Below are positions 1 to 9,839 of a stretch of 64,000 bases of DNA, piece after piece (the stretch's first letter is position 1; each line of letters starts with the position of its first letter). The notes under the pieces are model-generated. The model was not told where the DNA came from. It did not search any database and saw only the letters and a list, made by a program, of their open reading frames with translations. Location: positions 26,856-90,855 of the forward strand of contig JAWAEU010000003.1 of NCBI GenBank assembly GCA_038891055.1. The letters run 5' to 3'. This DNA is from Candidatus Anstonellaceae archaeon. Its GTDB lineage: Archaea > Micrarchaeota > Micrarchaeia > Anstonellales > Anstonellaceae. Both the position numbers and the translations under genes were made by a program.

Positions 1-908
1 GCATGATCACTAGCAATACAATCTACATATTTTAGTTTTTTCCAAAGTTTTTCAACTTCCCTTTTTTCTCTTAGAGGGGGGTTAACATTAGAATATGGTC
101 CTAATTGTTTAAAATCAGCTGTAGATAAAAATAAGTGATGAGGGCTAACCTCGCAACTAAAATAGTGTTGATACAGTCCATCTATTTCCTTTGAAAATTT
201 TTTATTACCTTTTTTTGCTTCTACTATTTCTGAGGCTGTTGTCAAATGGCAAAAGTGTATTCTTCTTTTTATAGCTCTTCCAAGAGCATTTACTTTCTTT
301 ACTGCTATTAGTGCTGCGAGTACTGATCTTATTTTATGGTGTTCTCTATATTTTTGTTTATTTTTTTCGATGGTTTTTTGATCTTCACAATGGACTAAAA
401 ATGGTAATTCAGCAGGATAAGCCAAAAAATGTCTTTTTAATTCCTCCTCTGTTAAAGTTAGGGGCGAATTTGTTTTAGTTAAAAAAGCTTTGAGAGATGG
501 AGGCTTTAGCTTTTTTATTAACTCGATATTAGTGGCACTTGCACCAAAATGAAAACCAAAATCACAAAATGATTTTTTTGCGGCTATTTGTTCTTTTTCA
601 GTTAGAGCACCAATTGTTATTGTAGGCGGAGAATTATAACAGGGCATGTCTAAAATTGAGCATACTCCCCCAGCAATTGCACCAGCACTTCCTGTTAAAA
701 AATCTTCTTTAGCTGTATTTTCAGGTTCTCTAAAATGCACATGTCCATCAATCCCGCCTGGCAATATTATCATGTCATTAAAGTCCATTACTTCGTTGCC
801 ATCAGTGTAGCTATAGCTTCGTATTTCTTGAATTTTTTCTGACAAAATTTTTATTGATGCAGGTACTAGTTTATTTTTTATAAAAACTCTTCTAGATTTT
901 ATAATCAT
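1..908 (-). CDS. pyrC: dihydroorotase (PyrC), 5' portion; C-terminus runs off the window start
   Basis: Reverse-strand translation starts MIIKSRRVFIKNKLV... and contains the metal-binding DGHVHFREP motif of cyclic amidohydrolases/dihydroorotase. It lies directly downstream of pyrD-pyrK on the same strand. Absent from the ORF track because it is truncated by the window edge. Confidence 0.6.
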   Translation of the reverse strand, partial: MIIKSRRVFIKNKLVPASIKILSEKIQEIRSYSYTDGNEVMDFNDMIILPGGIDGHVHFREPENTAKEDFLTGSAGAIAGGVCSILDMPCYNSPPTITIGALTEKEQIAAKKSFCDFGFHFGASATNIELIKKLKPPSLKAFLTKTNSPLTLTEEELKRHFLAYPAELPFLVHCEDQKTIEKNKQKYREHHKIRSVLAALIAVKKVNALGRAIKRRIHFCHLTTASEIVEAKKGNKKFSKEIDGLYQHYFSCEVSPHHLFLSTADFKQLGPYSNVNPPLREKREVEKLWKKLKYVDCIASDH

Positions 909-918
909 CTTTCTCACC

Positions 919-1716
919 TTACAGTTTTACTTTTCGCCCACACCTATCTTTTGTATAAACTCCAAAATCTTCTAACAAAAGAGCTTTTTCTCCATCTATT
1001 GTAGGACCATCATAACACGAAAGCCAACCATTTAGTGAGCAGTGGCCGCAAATTCCAAAACCACATTTATAGTATCTTTCTACAGAAAGTTGAGATTTTA
1101 TTTTATTCTCTTTTGCAATTGTTGCAACTGCTTTCATCATTTTCTCTGGGCCACAGCAATAAATACAATCATACTTATTTTTTTCTATTAATTTTTTCAT
1201 AGAAACTAATACTGTGCCTTTCTCTCCTGCTGTTCCATCATCTGTAGTAAAAAAGGTTTTTACCCTTTTATCTGCCAGAGGCTCCATTAAATACTCTTTA
1301 GTTTTTGCTCCTATTATACAATCTACTTTTAATTTTTTATTTTTTTGCAGCCCCTCCTTTATCAAAAATCTAAGGGGAGCAAAACCATATCCCCCCCCTA
1401 TCACTAGCCACCTATCTCCTATTTGCCTAAATCCTTTTCCATAAGGTCCTCTTACAAATATGCTTCTGCCTTCCTCTTTTGAGACCAGGGCCTTTGAGCC
1501 TGGACCAACCGCAGCTACTGCTAATTCAAAAGGCTTAGAATTTGCAACAGAAAATGGCTTTTCTTTTCCCTCTTCTATCCAAACCATTACAAATTGACCT
1601 GGTCTTGCCTCTATATTTTTATCAAAAGTAATATAAGTAACATTTTTTGTTTCTTGTTTTTTTCTTATTATTGTAAATTGCTTGTATGGACTTTTCATAA
1701 TTTCCACTCTATGCAA
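919..1716 (-). CDS. pyrK: dihydroorotate dehydrogenase electron-transfer subunit (PyrK-like FAD/NAD-binding, 2Fe-2S)
   Basis: 265 aa with a ferredoxin-reductase-like fold and a C-terminal Cys cluster (CGFGICGHC). It overlaps pyrD by 8 nt, indicating translational coupling. Confidence 0.75.
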   Translation of the reverse strand: MHRVEIMKSPYKQFTIIRKKQETKNVTYITFDKNIEARPGQFVMVWIEEGKEKPFSVANSKPFELAVAAVGPGSKALVSKEEGRSIFVRGPYGKGFRQIGDRWLVIGGGYGFAPLRFLIKEGLQKNKKLKVDCIIGAKTKEYLMEPLADKRVKTFFTTDDGTAGEKGTVLVSMKKLIEKNKYDCIYCCGPEKMMKAVATIAKENKIKSQLSVERYYKCGFGICGHCSLNGWLSCYDGPTIDGEKALLLEDFGVYTKDRCGRKVKL

Positions 1717-2602
1717 ATTTTATGTCTGAAATCTTTTCAAAATTCATCTTTTTCATATATTCTATTAGCTCTTTTTTTATTTTTCTAAAAGCATATCTAT
1801 ATTTATACAAAGCAGAGCCAATACTCACTGCATTTGCGCCGGCCATAATCATAGCAGCAGCATCTTCTCCACTATATACTCCTCCTCCTCCAATTATTGG
1901 AAGAGAACAATTCTGTCTTATTTGGTGTATTGCTCTAAGTGCTATTGGAAATATAGCCTCTCCAGATAGCCCTCCATATTTATTTGTAAGTATTGGTTTT
2001 CTTGCCCAAACATCTATTGCCATAGCAGGAACAGTATTTATTGCAGTTATGCAATCAGCACCTGCTTCTTGACATTCTCTTGCTATCTGCCCAATATTTG
2101 GCACAAAAGCAGAGAGTTTTATAGAAATAGGCACTCTTACTTTCTTTTTTACCGCCCTTACTAATCTTGAAGCACTAGCAGCAGAAGAACAAAATAACTC
2201 TCCATCTACATTTGGGCATGACGCATCTAATTCTATCATATCAGGCATAGCAGTTTCTACTTTTTTTGCTACCTCAACAAATCTCTCTATGCTATTCTCA
2301 TAAACAGAGGCTATTATTGGCACTCCACATCTTTGTTTAGCATATTCTATCTCTTTTATCTGTTCATTTACTCCAGGATTTGACAGCCCAACTGCATTTA
2401 TCAAATAACACCTATATTCTAAAACTGTTGGATTTTCATGGCCTTCTCTTGGTTCTAGAGAACAGGATTTGGTTGTGACTGCGCCTGCCCCCTCTCTAGC
2501 CATTCTAATTAGCATTTCTCCATCAGTGCCTTTTATTCCAGAAGCAAGAACAAAAGGATTTTCAAGTTTTATTTTTCCTAAAGTAGTAGATAAATCAATC
2601 AT
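1709..2602 (-). CDS. pyrD: dihydroorotate dehydrogenase catalytic subunit (class 1B PyrD)
   Basis: 297 aa with an FMN TIM-barrel and the motifs GLSNPGV, ELDASCPNV, IIGGGGV. Confidence 0.85.
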   Translation of the reverse strand: MIDLSTTLGKIKLENPFVLASGIKGTDGEMLIRMAREGAGAVTTKSCSLEPREGHENPTVLEYRCYLINAVGLSNPGVNEQIKEIEYAKQRCGVPIIASVYENSIERFVEVAKKVETAMPDMIELDASCPNVDGELFCSSAASASRLVRAVKKKVRVPISIKLSAFVPNIGQIARECQEAGADCITAINTVPAMAIDVWARKPILTNKYGGLSGEAIFPIALRAIHQIRQNCSLPIIGGGGVYSGEDAAAMIMAGANAVSIGSALYKYRYAFRKIKKELIEYMKKMNFEKISDIKFA

Positions 2603-2702
2603 TAATATTTATATTGTGTTTAAGAGGTATTTAAGCTTTTTTTATCTAAAATTAAAATAAAAAAATAAAAACATTTTTAAATATTCACGCAATATTTTTA
2701 GC

Positions 2703-4211
2703 ATGGAGGAGCAAAAACAACAAGAATTATTTGAAGAATTAAATTTAGTTCAAATAAATTTTGACAAGTCAAAGAGTGTCGAGGAAAACATTTACAAGTT
2801 TTTGGTTGAAGTCTATGGATTTGAGAGTAAACCTGCTTCCAAATTATCTAAAAAAATAAAAAGGTCAGCTTTAGTTGCTATAAAGGAAGATGGATCTATT
2901 GAGAGCTCCCCAAAATCATTAGAAAAAGTAGCAAAGTTATTTATCTCAGAAAAGTTTTTAGAACAAGATTTGGCTCTTTTAAAAGATAAAAAACAGGAGC
3001 AACTAAATCAGATAGTTATAAATGATCAATCTAATCAGCCTAAGCATTTAGAAGACTTTTTAAAAGAGCAAATTAAAAAACTTTTAGATGAATATTTCGA
3101 AGTGATAGAGAAAGATAAAAACTCAGAATATAAGATCATTAGAGAATTTGCAAAAGAATTAGATGAAAAAATACAAAAGGCAATAAACGAGAAAAAAGAG
3201 TTATCCAATCCAGAAATTAATGAAATAGCTGCTTATTTAAATGGAAGAAGAGCATATTACCAAACTTTAGAATCTGCAAAAATGTTTGCAAAAATCGACC
3301 TAAAATCTAAAAACAAAATGTTAGCAGAAACTGCTAAAAGGATTTTAGAGGCTATTGAAAAAAAAGATATCGGACTGGAGGATTTACAAGGCTTAAATGC
3401 CTATGTAATGGAGCGCTCTAGGTTTGACTATATTTTTGAAAATGGCTTTTTATATGCAGAAAAAGATTTAAGGGAAGAAAAAGATGAACAAAAAATCCAA
3501 AAAGCAAGAAAAATACTCTCAATAATCTCTAAAGATCAACCTTCTGGTGAAGAAATTTTAGAACTCAATCAATATGTAGATCAAAAAGAATTCGAGGGCT
3601 CTCTAAATATTGTTAGAGATCTTATTAAAGAAGAAAAAAATGAAGTAAATAAAGAATATATTGAAAAAATAATTAAAAGAGCAGATGAACAAGGCCCTAT
3701 TTCTATTTTTGACATTTCCCTTCTCAGATCTTATTATCAAGAGAAAATTCTCCCAATTGTTCAACAAGGTTTGAGTTTATTAGAGCAGAGAGATGATGAG
3801 TGGGCAAAGTCCTTAGTGCAGAGTGCGAAAGAAAAAAATTATCTCACTCCATTCCAAATTCAAGAAATTTATCAATATCTAAAAACACAAAACCAACTCT
3901 CAAAAGCACAACAAAAAGTAAAACAAGAAAAAGAACAACTAGATCAGATAGAGCAAAAAGAAAAGTTACCTCCAACTCAACAGCCTCCTAAAGTTATTTC
4001 TAAGGAAAATATAATTGAATTAATTGAGAATATAGTACAAAAGGCAAATGATTTACAAGACGAGCAAAAAATAGATCTAATTATTCAAAAGGTCGAAAAA
4101 GCTGAAAAAGAACTTCAAGAAGTAGAATCTATAAAAAACAAAAAAGAAAAACAAGCTTCTTACAAGAGAATTTGGCAAGAATTAGAAGAATTCAGCAGTC
4201 AAATCTTTTAA
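2703..4211 (+). CDS. hypothetical E/K/Q-rich coiled-coil protein
   Basis: 502-aa ORF, highly charged and low-complexity; no recognisable catalytic motif. Confidence 0.45.
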   Translation: MEEQKQQELFEELNLVQINFDKSKSVEENIYKFLVEVYGFESKPASKLSKKIKRSALVAIKEDGSIESSPKSLEKVAKLFISEKFLEQDLALLKDKKQEQLNQIVINDQSNQPKHLEDFLKEQIKKLLDEYFEVIEKDKNSEYKIIREFAKELDEKIQKAINEKKELSNPEINEIAAYLNGRRAYYQTLESAKMFAKIDLKSKNKMLAETAKRILEAIEKKDIGLEDLQGLNAYVMERSRFDYIFENGFLYAEKDLREEKDEQKIQKARKILSIISKDQPSGEEILELNQYVDQKEFEGSLNIVRDLIKEEKNEVNKEYIEKIIKRADEQGPISIFDISLLRSYYQEKILPIVQQGLSLLEQRDDEWAKSLVQSAKEKNYLTPFQIQEIYQYLKTQNQLSKAQQKVKQEKEQLDQIEQKEKLPPTQQPPKVISKENIIELIENIVQKANDLQDEQKIDLIIQKVEKAEKELQEVESIKNKKEKQASYKRIWQELEEFSSQIF

Positions 4212-4237
4212 CATTTTAATTTTTTATTTTTATTTCT

Positions 4238-4648
4238 TTAAGAAATTTTTTCGAATTTATATCCATAGTGTATTAAGCCTTCTGGGTCATCTCTTTTGAT
4301 AACTCTAAAAACCATTTCTACTCTATCTCCTATTTTTATGTCTTTTGAATTCACTATCTGTGCTGTTAGCATTGGGCCTTCGTCTAATTTTACTATCGCC
4401 AAAATGTATGGGGCTTGAATTTCAAAACCACTGGGCGGGCTATGTACTTCTGTGAAAGAATATATTGTACCATATGGCTTAAATTGGTATTGCTCAATTT
4501 TTCCTCTCCTTCTACACTTGGGGCAAAATTTTCTTAGAGGAAAATATTTGGTATTGCAATTTTTACAAATTGAGCCAATAATGCAATATCTCTCTGGAAT
4601 TCTTCTCCAAGTAATAGCAATATTTGTCATTCCTCTCACCCTATTCAT
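4238..4648 (-). CDS. DUF35 Zn-ribbon/OB-fold protein (scaffold of the archaeal thiolase/HMG-CoA synthase complex)
   Basis: 136 aa with a CxxC...CxxC rubredoxin-like ribbon (CKNC...CPKC) followed by an OB fold. It overlaps the thiolase stop and sits in the conserved HMGCS-thiolase-DUF35 order. Confidence 0.75.
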   Translation of the reverse strand: MNRVRGMTNIAITWRRIPERYCIIGSICKNCNTKYFPLRKFCPKCRRRGKIEQYQFKPYGTIYSFTEVHSPPSGFEIQAPYILAIVKLDEGPMLTAQIVNSKDIKIGDRVEMVFRVIKRDDPEGLIHYGYKFEKIS

Positions 4649-5822
4649 TTAATGGATTTTTTAAAATATGAATTACTCCAGTTGCTCCAGACCCTCCAAC
4701 ATTGTGCGTAAGACCTATTTTTGCGCCCTTAACTTGTCTAGAATTTGCTTGGCCCCTCAGCTGCCAAGTTATTTCTACAGCTTGTTTTATTCCAGTAGCC
4801 CCTACTGGATGCCCGCATGCCTTCAGTCCTCCAGAGGTGTTTATTGGGATCTCTCCTCCAATTGTAGTCAGTCCATCTTCAGTAGCTTTAGCCCCTTTTC
4901 CTTTTTCAAAAAATCCAATATCTTCAATTGCTAAAATTTCTGCTATTGTAAAGCAGTCATGTACTTCTGCAACGTCTATATCTTTTGGCGCTATTTTAGC
5001 TTGCTCAAATGCTTTTTTTGCTGCTATTTTTGTTACTTTCAATTCAGTTAGATTTTCTCTATCGTGCAAAGCAAGTGTATCTGAGGCTTGAGCACTAGCA
5101 ATTATCTCAATAGGTTGTTCTACTACTTTTTTTGCTTTTTCTAGTGGCATGAGCACTACTGCAGCAGCCCCATCTGTTACAGGTGAGCAATCAAACACTT
5201 TTAGTGGTGAGGCAACCACTTTAGATGAGAGAACTGTTTGAATGTCTATCTCTTTTTGAAATTGGGCATATTTATTTTTTGCACCGTGTTTGTGGTTTTT
5301 TACTGCTACCCAAGCAAGTTGTTCTTCTGTGGCATTAAATTCGTGCATATATCTTCTTGCAATAAGAGCATATATGGCAGGAAAAGTTGCTCCAAAAAAC
5401 AACTCCCATTCTTCATCTCCTGCTCCTCCTAAAGTACTAATAACATCTGGTCCTGGCACATCAGTCATTTTTTCTACTCCTCCAACTACAACACAATCGT
5501 GCATTTCAGAGGCTACGGCCAAATATCCCTGTCTTAGAGCCACTCCTCCAGAGGCACATGCAGCCTCCACTCTAATAGAAGGAATTGGATTTAGCCCCAT
5601 CCAATCTGCCAGAAGTGCAGCTGCATGTTCTTGTCCTATGAGGGGACCTGGAGCCATAGTGCCACAATATATAGCATCAATTTCTTTTCCACTTAAGTTA
5701 GCATCTTCTAATGCTTTTATTCCAGCTTCAAGAATTAAATCTCTAAATCCTCTTCCCCATTCCTCTCCAAATTTTGTCATTCCAACTCCTACTATAGCAA
5801 CTCTTCTCATTTTATCCACCAC
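4641..5822 (-). CDS. acetyl-CoA acetyltransferase (archaeal thiolase)
   Basis: 393-aa thiolase fold with the active-site Cys region EAACASGG and C-terminal GHPVGATG. Confidence 0.85.
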   Translation of the reverse strand: MVDKMRRVAIVGVGMTKFGEEWGRGFRDLILEAGIKALEDANLSGKEIDAIYCGTMAPGPLIGQEHAAALLADWMGLNPIPSIRVEAACASGGVALRQGYLAVASEMHDCVVVGGVEKMTDVPGPDVISTLGGAGDEEWELFFGATFPAIYALIARRYMHEFNATEEQLAWVAVKNHKHGAKNKYAQFQKEIDIQTVLSSKVVASPLKVFDCSPVTDGAAAVVLMPLEKAKKVVEQPIEIIASAQASDTLALHDRENLTELKVTKIAAKKAFEQAKIAPKDIDVAEVHDCFTIAEILAIEDIGFFEKGKGAKATEDGLTTIGGEIPINTSGGLKACGHPVGATGIKQAVEITWQLRGQANSRQVKGAKIGLTHNVGGSGATGVIHILKNPLNE

Positions 5823-6871
5823 TAAAGAGTTTTAATTTTTCTTTTTAATTTTGCATATTTTGAATAATCCAAAAACACTTGCCTCTTTTCATAATACTCG
5901 AAATTTTTTTTCACTCTTTCTCTTGCTTCAACTATTTGCTCTCTCACTACGAGTGCAAAACTATCTGAACCTGCCCCAGAACCAAAAGAAGTTAGTAATA
6001 TTCTTTCTCCAGGTTTTGCCTTATCCAAAACAGCACAAAGCCCTATTAATGAAGCTGCAGAGTAGGTATTTCCAATTTTTGGAGTTACTAACGAAGGCAA
6101 GACTTTAGCTGGATCAATTCCCATTTTTGCTGCTGCTTCTAGTGGAAATTTTCCATTTGGTTGGTGAAATACAAAATAGTCAAATTCTGAAGCACTATAA
6201 CCATACTTCTCAAATAAGCCCTGTGTGGCAGAAATAATATGTTTAAAATATGCTGGCTCTCCGGTAAATCTACCACCATGGCTTGGAAATTCGGCATGCT
6301 GTCTTCGCCAAAAATCAGGAGTGTCAGTAGTAAAAGAATAAGTGCCTTCTATTTCTGCTATTAGGTTGTTTTTTCCAATTATAAATGCAGCAGCTCCTGC
6401 CCCAGCAGTGTATTCTAATGCATCTGAGGGTTTTCCTTGTGAAGTATCAGACCCAATTGCTAATGAGTATTGCACAATATTAGAAATAACTAATCCCATA
6501 GAAATTTGAATAGCTGCAGTTCCCGCCTTACAGGCAAATTCTAAATCCGCAGCAGTTAATTCAGGAGTTGCTCTTATTGCCTCCGCAACAATTGAAGCAG
6601 TTGGCTTTACAGCATACGGATGAGATTCAGAGCCAACATATATTGCACCTATATTATTACTTTCGATATTTGCCATCTTTAGAGCATTTTTTGCTGCTTC
6701 TACTGCCATGGTTGCGCTATCTTCGTCTAAATCCGGTACTGCCTTTTGCTGTATATTCAAACTTTTTTTTATTCTTTCTCCATCCTCGCCCCATACTTTT
6801 GCAATCTCTTCAGGTTTTATTCTATAAATTGGTATATAACAACCATAACCTACTATTCCTACCTTTTGCAT
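5822..6871 (-). CDS. hydroxymethylglutaryl-CoA synthase
   Basis: 349 aa, HMGCS/KAS-III-like. Overlaps the thiolase start by 1 nt. Confidence 0.85.
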   Translation of the reverse strand: MQKVGIVGYGCYIPIYRIKPEEIAKVWGEDGERIKKSLNIQQKAVPDLDEDSATMAVEAAKNALKMANIESNNIGAIYVGSESHPYAVKPTASIVAEAIRATPELTAADLEFACKAGTAAIQISMGLVISNIVQYSLAIGSDTSQGKPSDALEYTAGAGAAAFIIGKNNLIAEIEGTYSFTTDTPDFWRRQHAEFPSHGGRFTGEPAYFKHIISATQGLFEKYGYSASEFDYFVFHQPNGKFPLEAAAKMGIDPAKVLPSLVTPKIGNTYSAASLIGLCAVLDKAKPGERILLTSFGSGAGSDSFALVVREQIVEARERVKKNFEYYEKRQVFLDYSKYAKLKRKIKTL

Positions 6872-6893
6872 TCACATTCACCTTTTTTATAAA

Positions 6894-7580
6894 TTAGAAT
6901 TTATTTAACGTTTGCCTAATTTTTTGTATATCCATTTTTGTGGTGAGCACAGGGATTTGCTCTTTTTTTGCTATTTTGAGTGCTAACTCATCTACTTGTT
7001 CAATACCATGCAAAACAACTATTGATGGCTTCATTGGACTTACTCTTATAACAACTAGTGGAGAGCGGCCTGTAGAAACTTTTGTAAAAATAAAAGCCCT
7101 CTCAGCCATAGATCCATATAATTTGTGATATTGGTCGGTTGGCATCTCCATTATTATTTTTATGGAATCCACTAAGGTGTATCCATAAACTTTCTTTATT
7201 TTTAAAAGCTCTTCATTTGCAGCTACTTGAGAGTTTATTAATTTTGCAAAATCCTCGCCAGAAAAAGGAGAAGCAAACTCATGAGTTTCATAATACTGCT
7301 CTATTTCAGGGTTGGAAGGAAGTGCAAGCTTGGAGAGAACAGGATTTCCTCTTTCTCTATCTATTTCAAACAAAGCATCCACAAACCTTGAGATTACTGC
7401 AGAACCAGGAGATTTTCTTCTATTGCTTTCATAATCAGATATTGTAGAACTTGAAATCTTTAGATGCTTTGCTAATTCGGTTTGGCTAATTTGAAATATT
7501 TCTCTCCACTTTCTCATTGTGCTTCCAGGGTTTTTTGAAAGAGTTATCTCTCCAGCTATCTCAAATTTTAATTTTTCCAT
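6894..7580 (-). CDS. HTH (XRE-type) transcriptional regulator with uncharacterised C-terminal domain
   Basis: Helix-turn-helix signature QISQTELAKHLKISSSTISDYESNRRKSP in a 228-aa protein. Confidence 0.6.
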   Translation of the reverse strand: MEKLKFEIAGEITLSKNPGSTMRKWREIFQISQTELAKHLKISSSTISDYESNRRKSPGSAVISRFVDALFEIDRERGNPVLSKLALPSNPEIEQYYETHEFASPFSGEDFAKLINSQVAANEELLKIKKVYGYTLVDSIKIIMEMPTDQYHKLYGSMAERAFIFTKVSTGRSPLVVIRVSPMKPSIVVLHGIEQVDELALKIAKKEQIPVLTTKMDIQKIRQTLNKF

Positions 7581-7716
7581 TATTTGTATTATTACTACAA
7601 AAGTTTAAAAAACATTCTATTTATTTCGTCAATAGACAAATAAGTTTATAAATTATTCTAAATATTTTGATATTTTTTTATTACCAAACCAAAAAGCTAA
7701 ATCTTAATTATTTTTA

Positions 7717-9234
7717 GTGCTAAATTTATTTATGCAAGAAGGAAAAGTAGGGGTAGTAGTTGCAGCAGAAGATAGCCCAAGCACCACTCAATTTCATTTT
7801 ATTTTAACTTCTGAAAAAATAAAAAAAGGCAATTATGTTTTTTTAAATTCTCAAAATAAAAAAATATTTGGCCAAGTGATTGAAATTTTTTGGTCTAACA
7901 GATATTTCAAAAGTCATGAAGTGGTAGCAGATATTTCTAATTTTGGGGGAATGGATAACTTTCCAACAGAAGCTTGGAGTTATGGTCTTGCAAAAGCAAA
8001 AATAATTGGAGTTTTAGATGAGGATAGATTTGTTAGATGTTTCTTTCCTCCAAAGTGTGGCGAAGAGATTTTTTTAGCTAGTGCTCTAGATTTGCAAAAG
8101 ATTTTAAATCTCCCTCCTAGTGGTTTGAATTTAGGAAAGCTACTTCATCATGAACTGGATGTAAAATTAGATCTCTCTAAGCTTATAGGAAAACATCTAG
8201 CTATACTAGCAATGTCTGGGGCAGGAAAATCTTATTTTTGCAGTGTACTTTTAGAAGAAATCTTAGAGATAAAAAAAGAGGAAGGTCGAATTTCAACACT
8301 AATATTTGATAGTCACCAAGATTATACATTTTTAAAAGAGGCTTATCCTTCAGCAGTAGAGGTGATAGATGCAAAGAATCTAAAATTAAGTTATCTCTCT
8401 TTAGGTGTAAATAAAATAGTGAGCATGTTGGACTTAAGCCAAAAGTCAAAGTTTTTATTAGAAAAATTATTTAAACAAATAAAACAAAAAAAGAAGACCC
8501 AAGGTATTCCTACTCCTTCTTTAGATGAACTTTTAGAGATGATAGAAAAAGATAATATAAATCAAAACACTAAGGCTGCACTAATGGAGGCAATTTCAAT
8601 GCTCAAGAGCTTAAAATTTATTTCAAATAAAGATAACTTCAAAAAAAGCCAATTTCCTTCTCCTGGAAAATTAATAATTTTTGATTTGTCCTCTATAGAA
8701 AATTTAGATCAAAAACAACTTCTGGTGCACTACTTTTTATCAAAATTTTTTAATGCAAGAAAAAAGAAAAAAATACCTCCAACACTAGCAATTATCGAAG
8801 AAGCTCATAATTTTTGCCCAGAAAAAGAAAAAGCTTCAGCAGCTCTTTCAAGAGATATAATAAATACAATAGCTAGAGAAGGAAGAAAATTCTTTTTCTG
8901 TCTTTGCCTTATTTCACAGCGTCCAGTAAATCTCTCCACAACAGCACTCTCTCAATGTAGCACTAATGTTATTCTAAGGATAACCAATCCAAATGACTTA
9001 GAGCACATTTTACAAAGTTCGGAGGCAATGGATGCTGATTCTCTAAAATTTATCCCAGGTTTAGAAGTTGGTAGCGCCTTAATTTTAGGTGAAGTAAGTC
9101 GATTTCCTCTATTTTTAGAAATAAGAAAAAGAAAAACTTCCTTCCAGCGGCCTTCAAAGAGTATTCAACAGGAGGCAAAAGAATTTGAGCTTGAGCAAAA
9201 AAGAATAGAAGAAGAGTTAAACTTACATTTTTAA
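7717..9234 (+). CDS. HerA-like FtsK/HerA-superfamily ATPase (DUF87)
   Basis: 505 aa. N-terminal HAS-barrel-like region (GKVGVVVAAEDSP...), Walker A LAILAMSGAGKS, and the HerA-typical Walker B/EEAH motif LAIIEEAHNF. Confidence 0.7.
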   Translation: MLNLFMQEGKVGVVVAAEDSPSTTQFHFILTSEKIKKGNYVFLNSQNKKIFGQVIEIFWSNRYFKSHEVVADISNFGGMDNFPTEAWSYGLAKAKIIGVLDEDRFVRCFFPPKCGEEIFLASALDLQKILNLPPSGLNLGKLLHHELDVKLDLSKLIGKHLAILAMSGAGKSYFCSVLLEEILEIKKEEGRISTLIFDSHQDYTFLKEAYPSAVEVIDAKNLKLSYLSLGVNKIVSMLDLSQKSKFLLEKLFKQIKQKKKTQGIPTPSLDELLEMIEKDNINQNTKAALMEAISMLKSLKFISNKDNFKKSQFPSPGKLIIFDLSSIENLDQKQLLVHYFLSKFFNARKKKKIPPTLAIIEEAHNFCPEKEKASAALSRDIINTIAREGRKFFFCLCLISQRPVNLSTTALSQCSTNVILRITNPNDLEHILQSSEAMDADSLKFIPGLEVGSALILGEVSRFPLFLEIRKRKTSFQRPSKSIQQEAKEFELEQKRIEEELNLHF

Positions 9235-9806
9235 AAAAAGTTTAATAAACCATTTAACCTTATACCTGTTTCTATTAAAAAATAAAATCTCAATATTCTA
9301 CCAACAGAGGTTAATAACAAGTAATATGGATATTTAACTTTTTTTATACCAGCATAAACTCCAACTATATCAAAAATCGGGTTTGGAAAAAAAGAAAGTA
9401 AAAAAATAGCTCCGTAGGTATGATTTTTTAAAATCCTTATATTTAAGTTATAAATTTTTTTAAAAATTTCATTTTGTTTTAATTGTTTTTTTTCTTTTAG
9501 AATTTCTTTTAATTCTTTTCCAAAAATATATCCTGTACTCTCACCAATAGCAGATCCAATACCAGCCAAAATAGCACAATAAACAATGTTTAATTTCATC
9601 GAAAGCATAACTACTGCAAGCTGCACAGGTGCAAGAGGTAAAAATAAAGAAGCTGAAGATAAAAGAGAGAGTATAAATATCCCTATATAAGAATATTGAC
9701 CAAAGAACTCTACTATTTGGTTAGAGTAAAATACAAGCAAGAAAGTAAATATGAAAATAGTTATTATTACCCATCTCTCTTTTAAAGCCATAAAGAAATT
9801 ACACAA
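9231..9806 (-). CDS. DedA/SNARE-associated family membrane protein
   Basis: 191 aa, multi-pass membrane protein; FFPNPIFDIVGVYAGI resembles the DedA motif. Confidence 0.55.
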   Translation of the reverse strand: MCNFFMALKERWVIITIFIFTFLLVFYSNQIVEFFGQYSYIGIFILSLLSSASLFLPLAPVQLAVVMLSMKLNIVYCAILAGIGSAIGESTGYIFGKELKEILKEKKQLKQNEIFKKIYNLNIRILKNHTYGAIFLLSFFPNPIFDIVGVYAGIKKVKYPYYLLLTSVGRILRFYFLIETGIRLNGLLNFF

Positions 9807-9839
9807 ATAATTTATATAAATTAACCCTGTTAGTTAATT

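Noticed and set aside
1214-2072. ORF-track entries 1214..1444, 1594..1788, 1722..2072 (+) inside pyrK/pyrD
   Set aside because: They lie antisense within genes carrying strong, motif-bearing protein homology on the opposite strand, and are low-complexity. Treated as spurious.
4668-5835. Plus-strand ORFs (4668..4934, 4702..5091, 5238..5432, 5290..5835) overlapping the thiolase gene
   Set aside because: Antisense to a clearly conserved thiolase; Ser/Pro/Ala-rich translations typical of a reverse frame.
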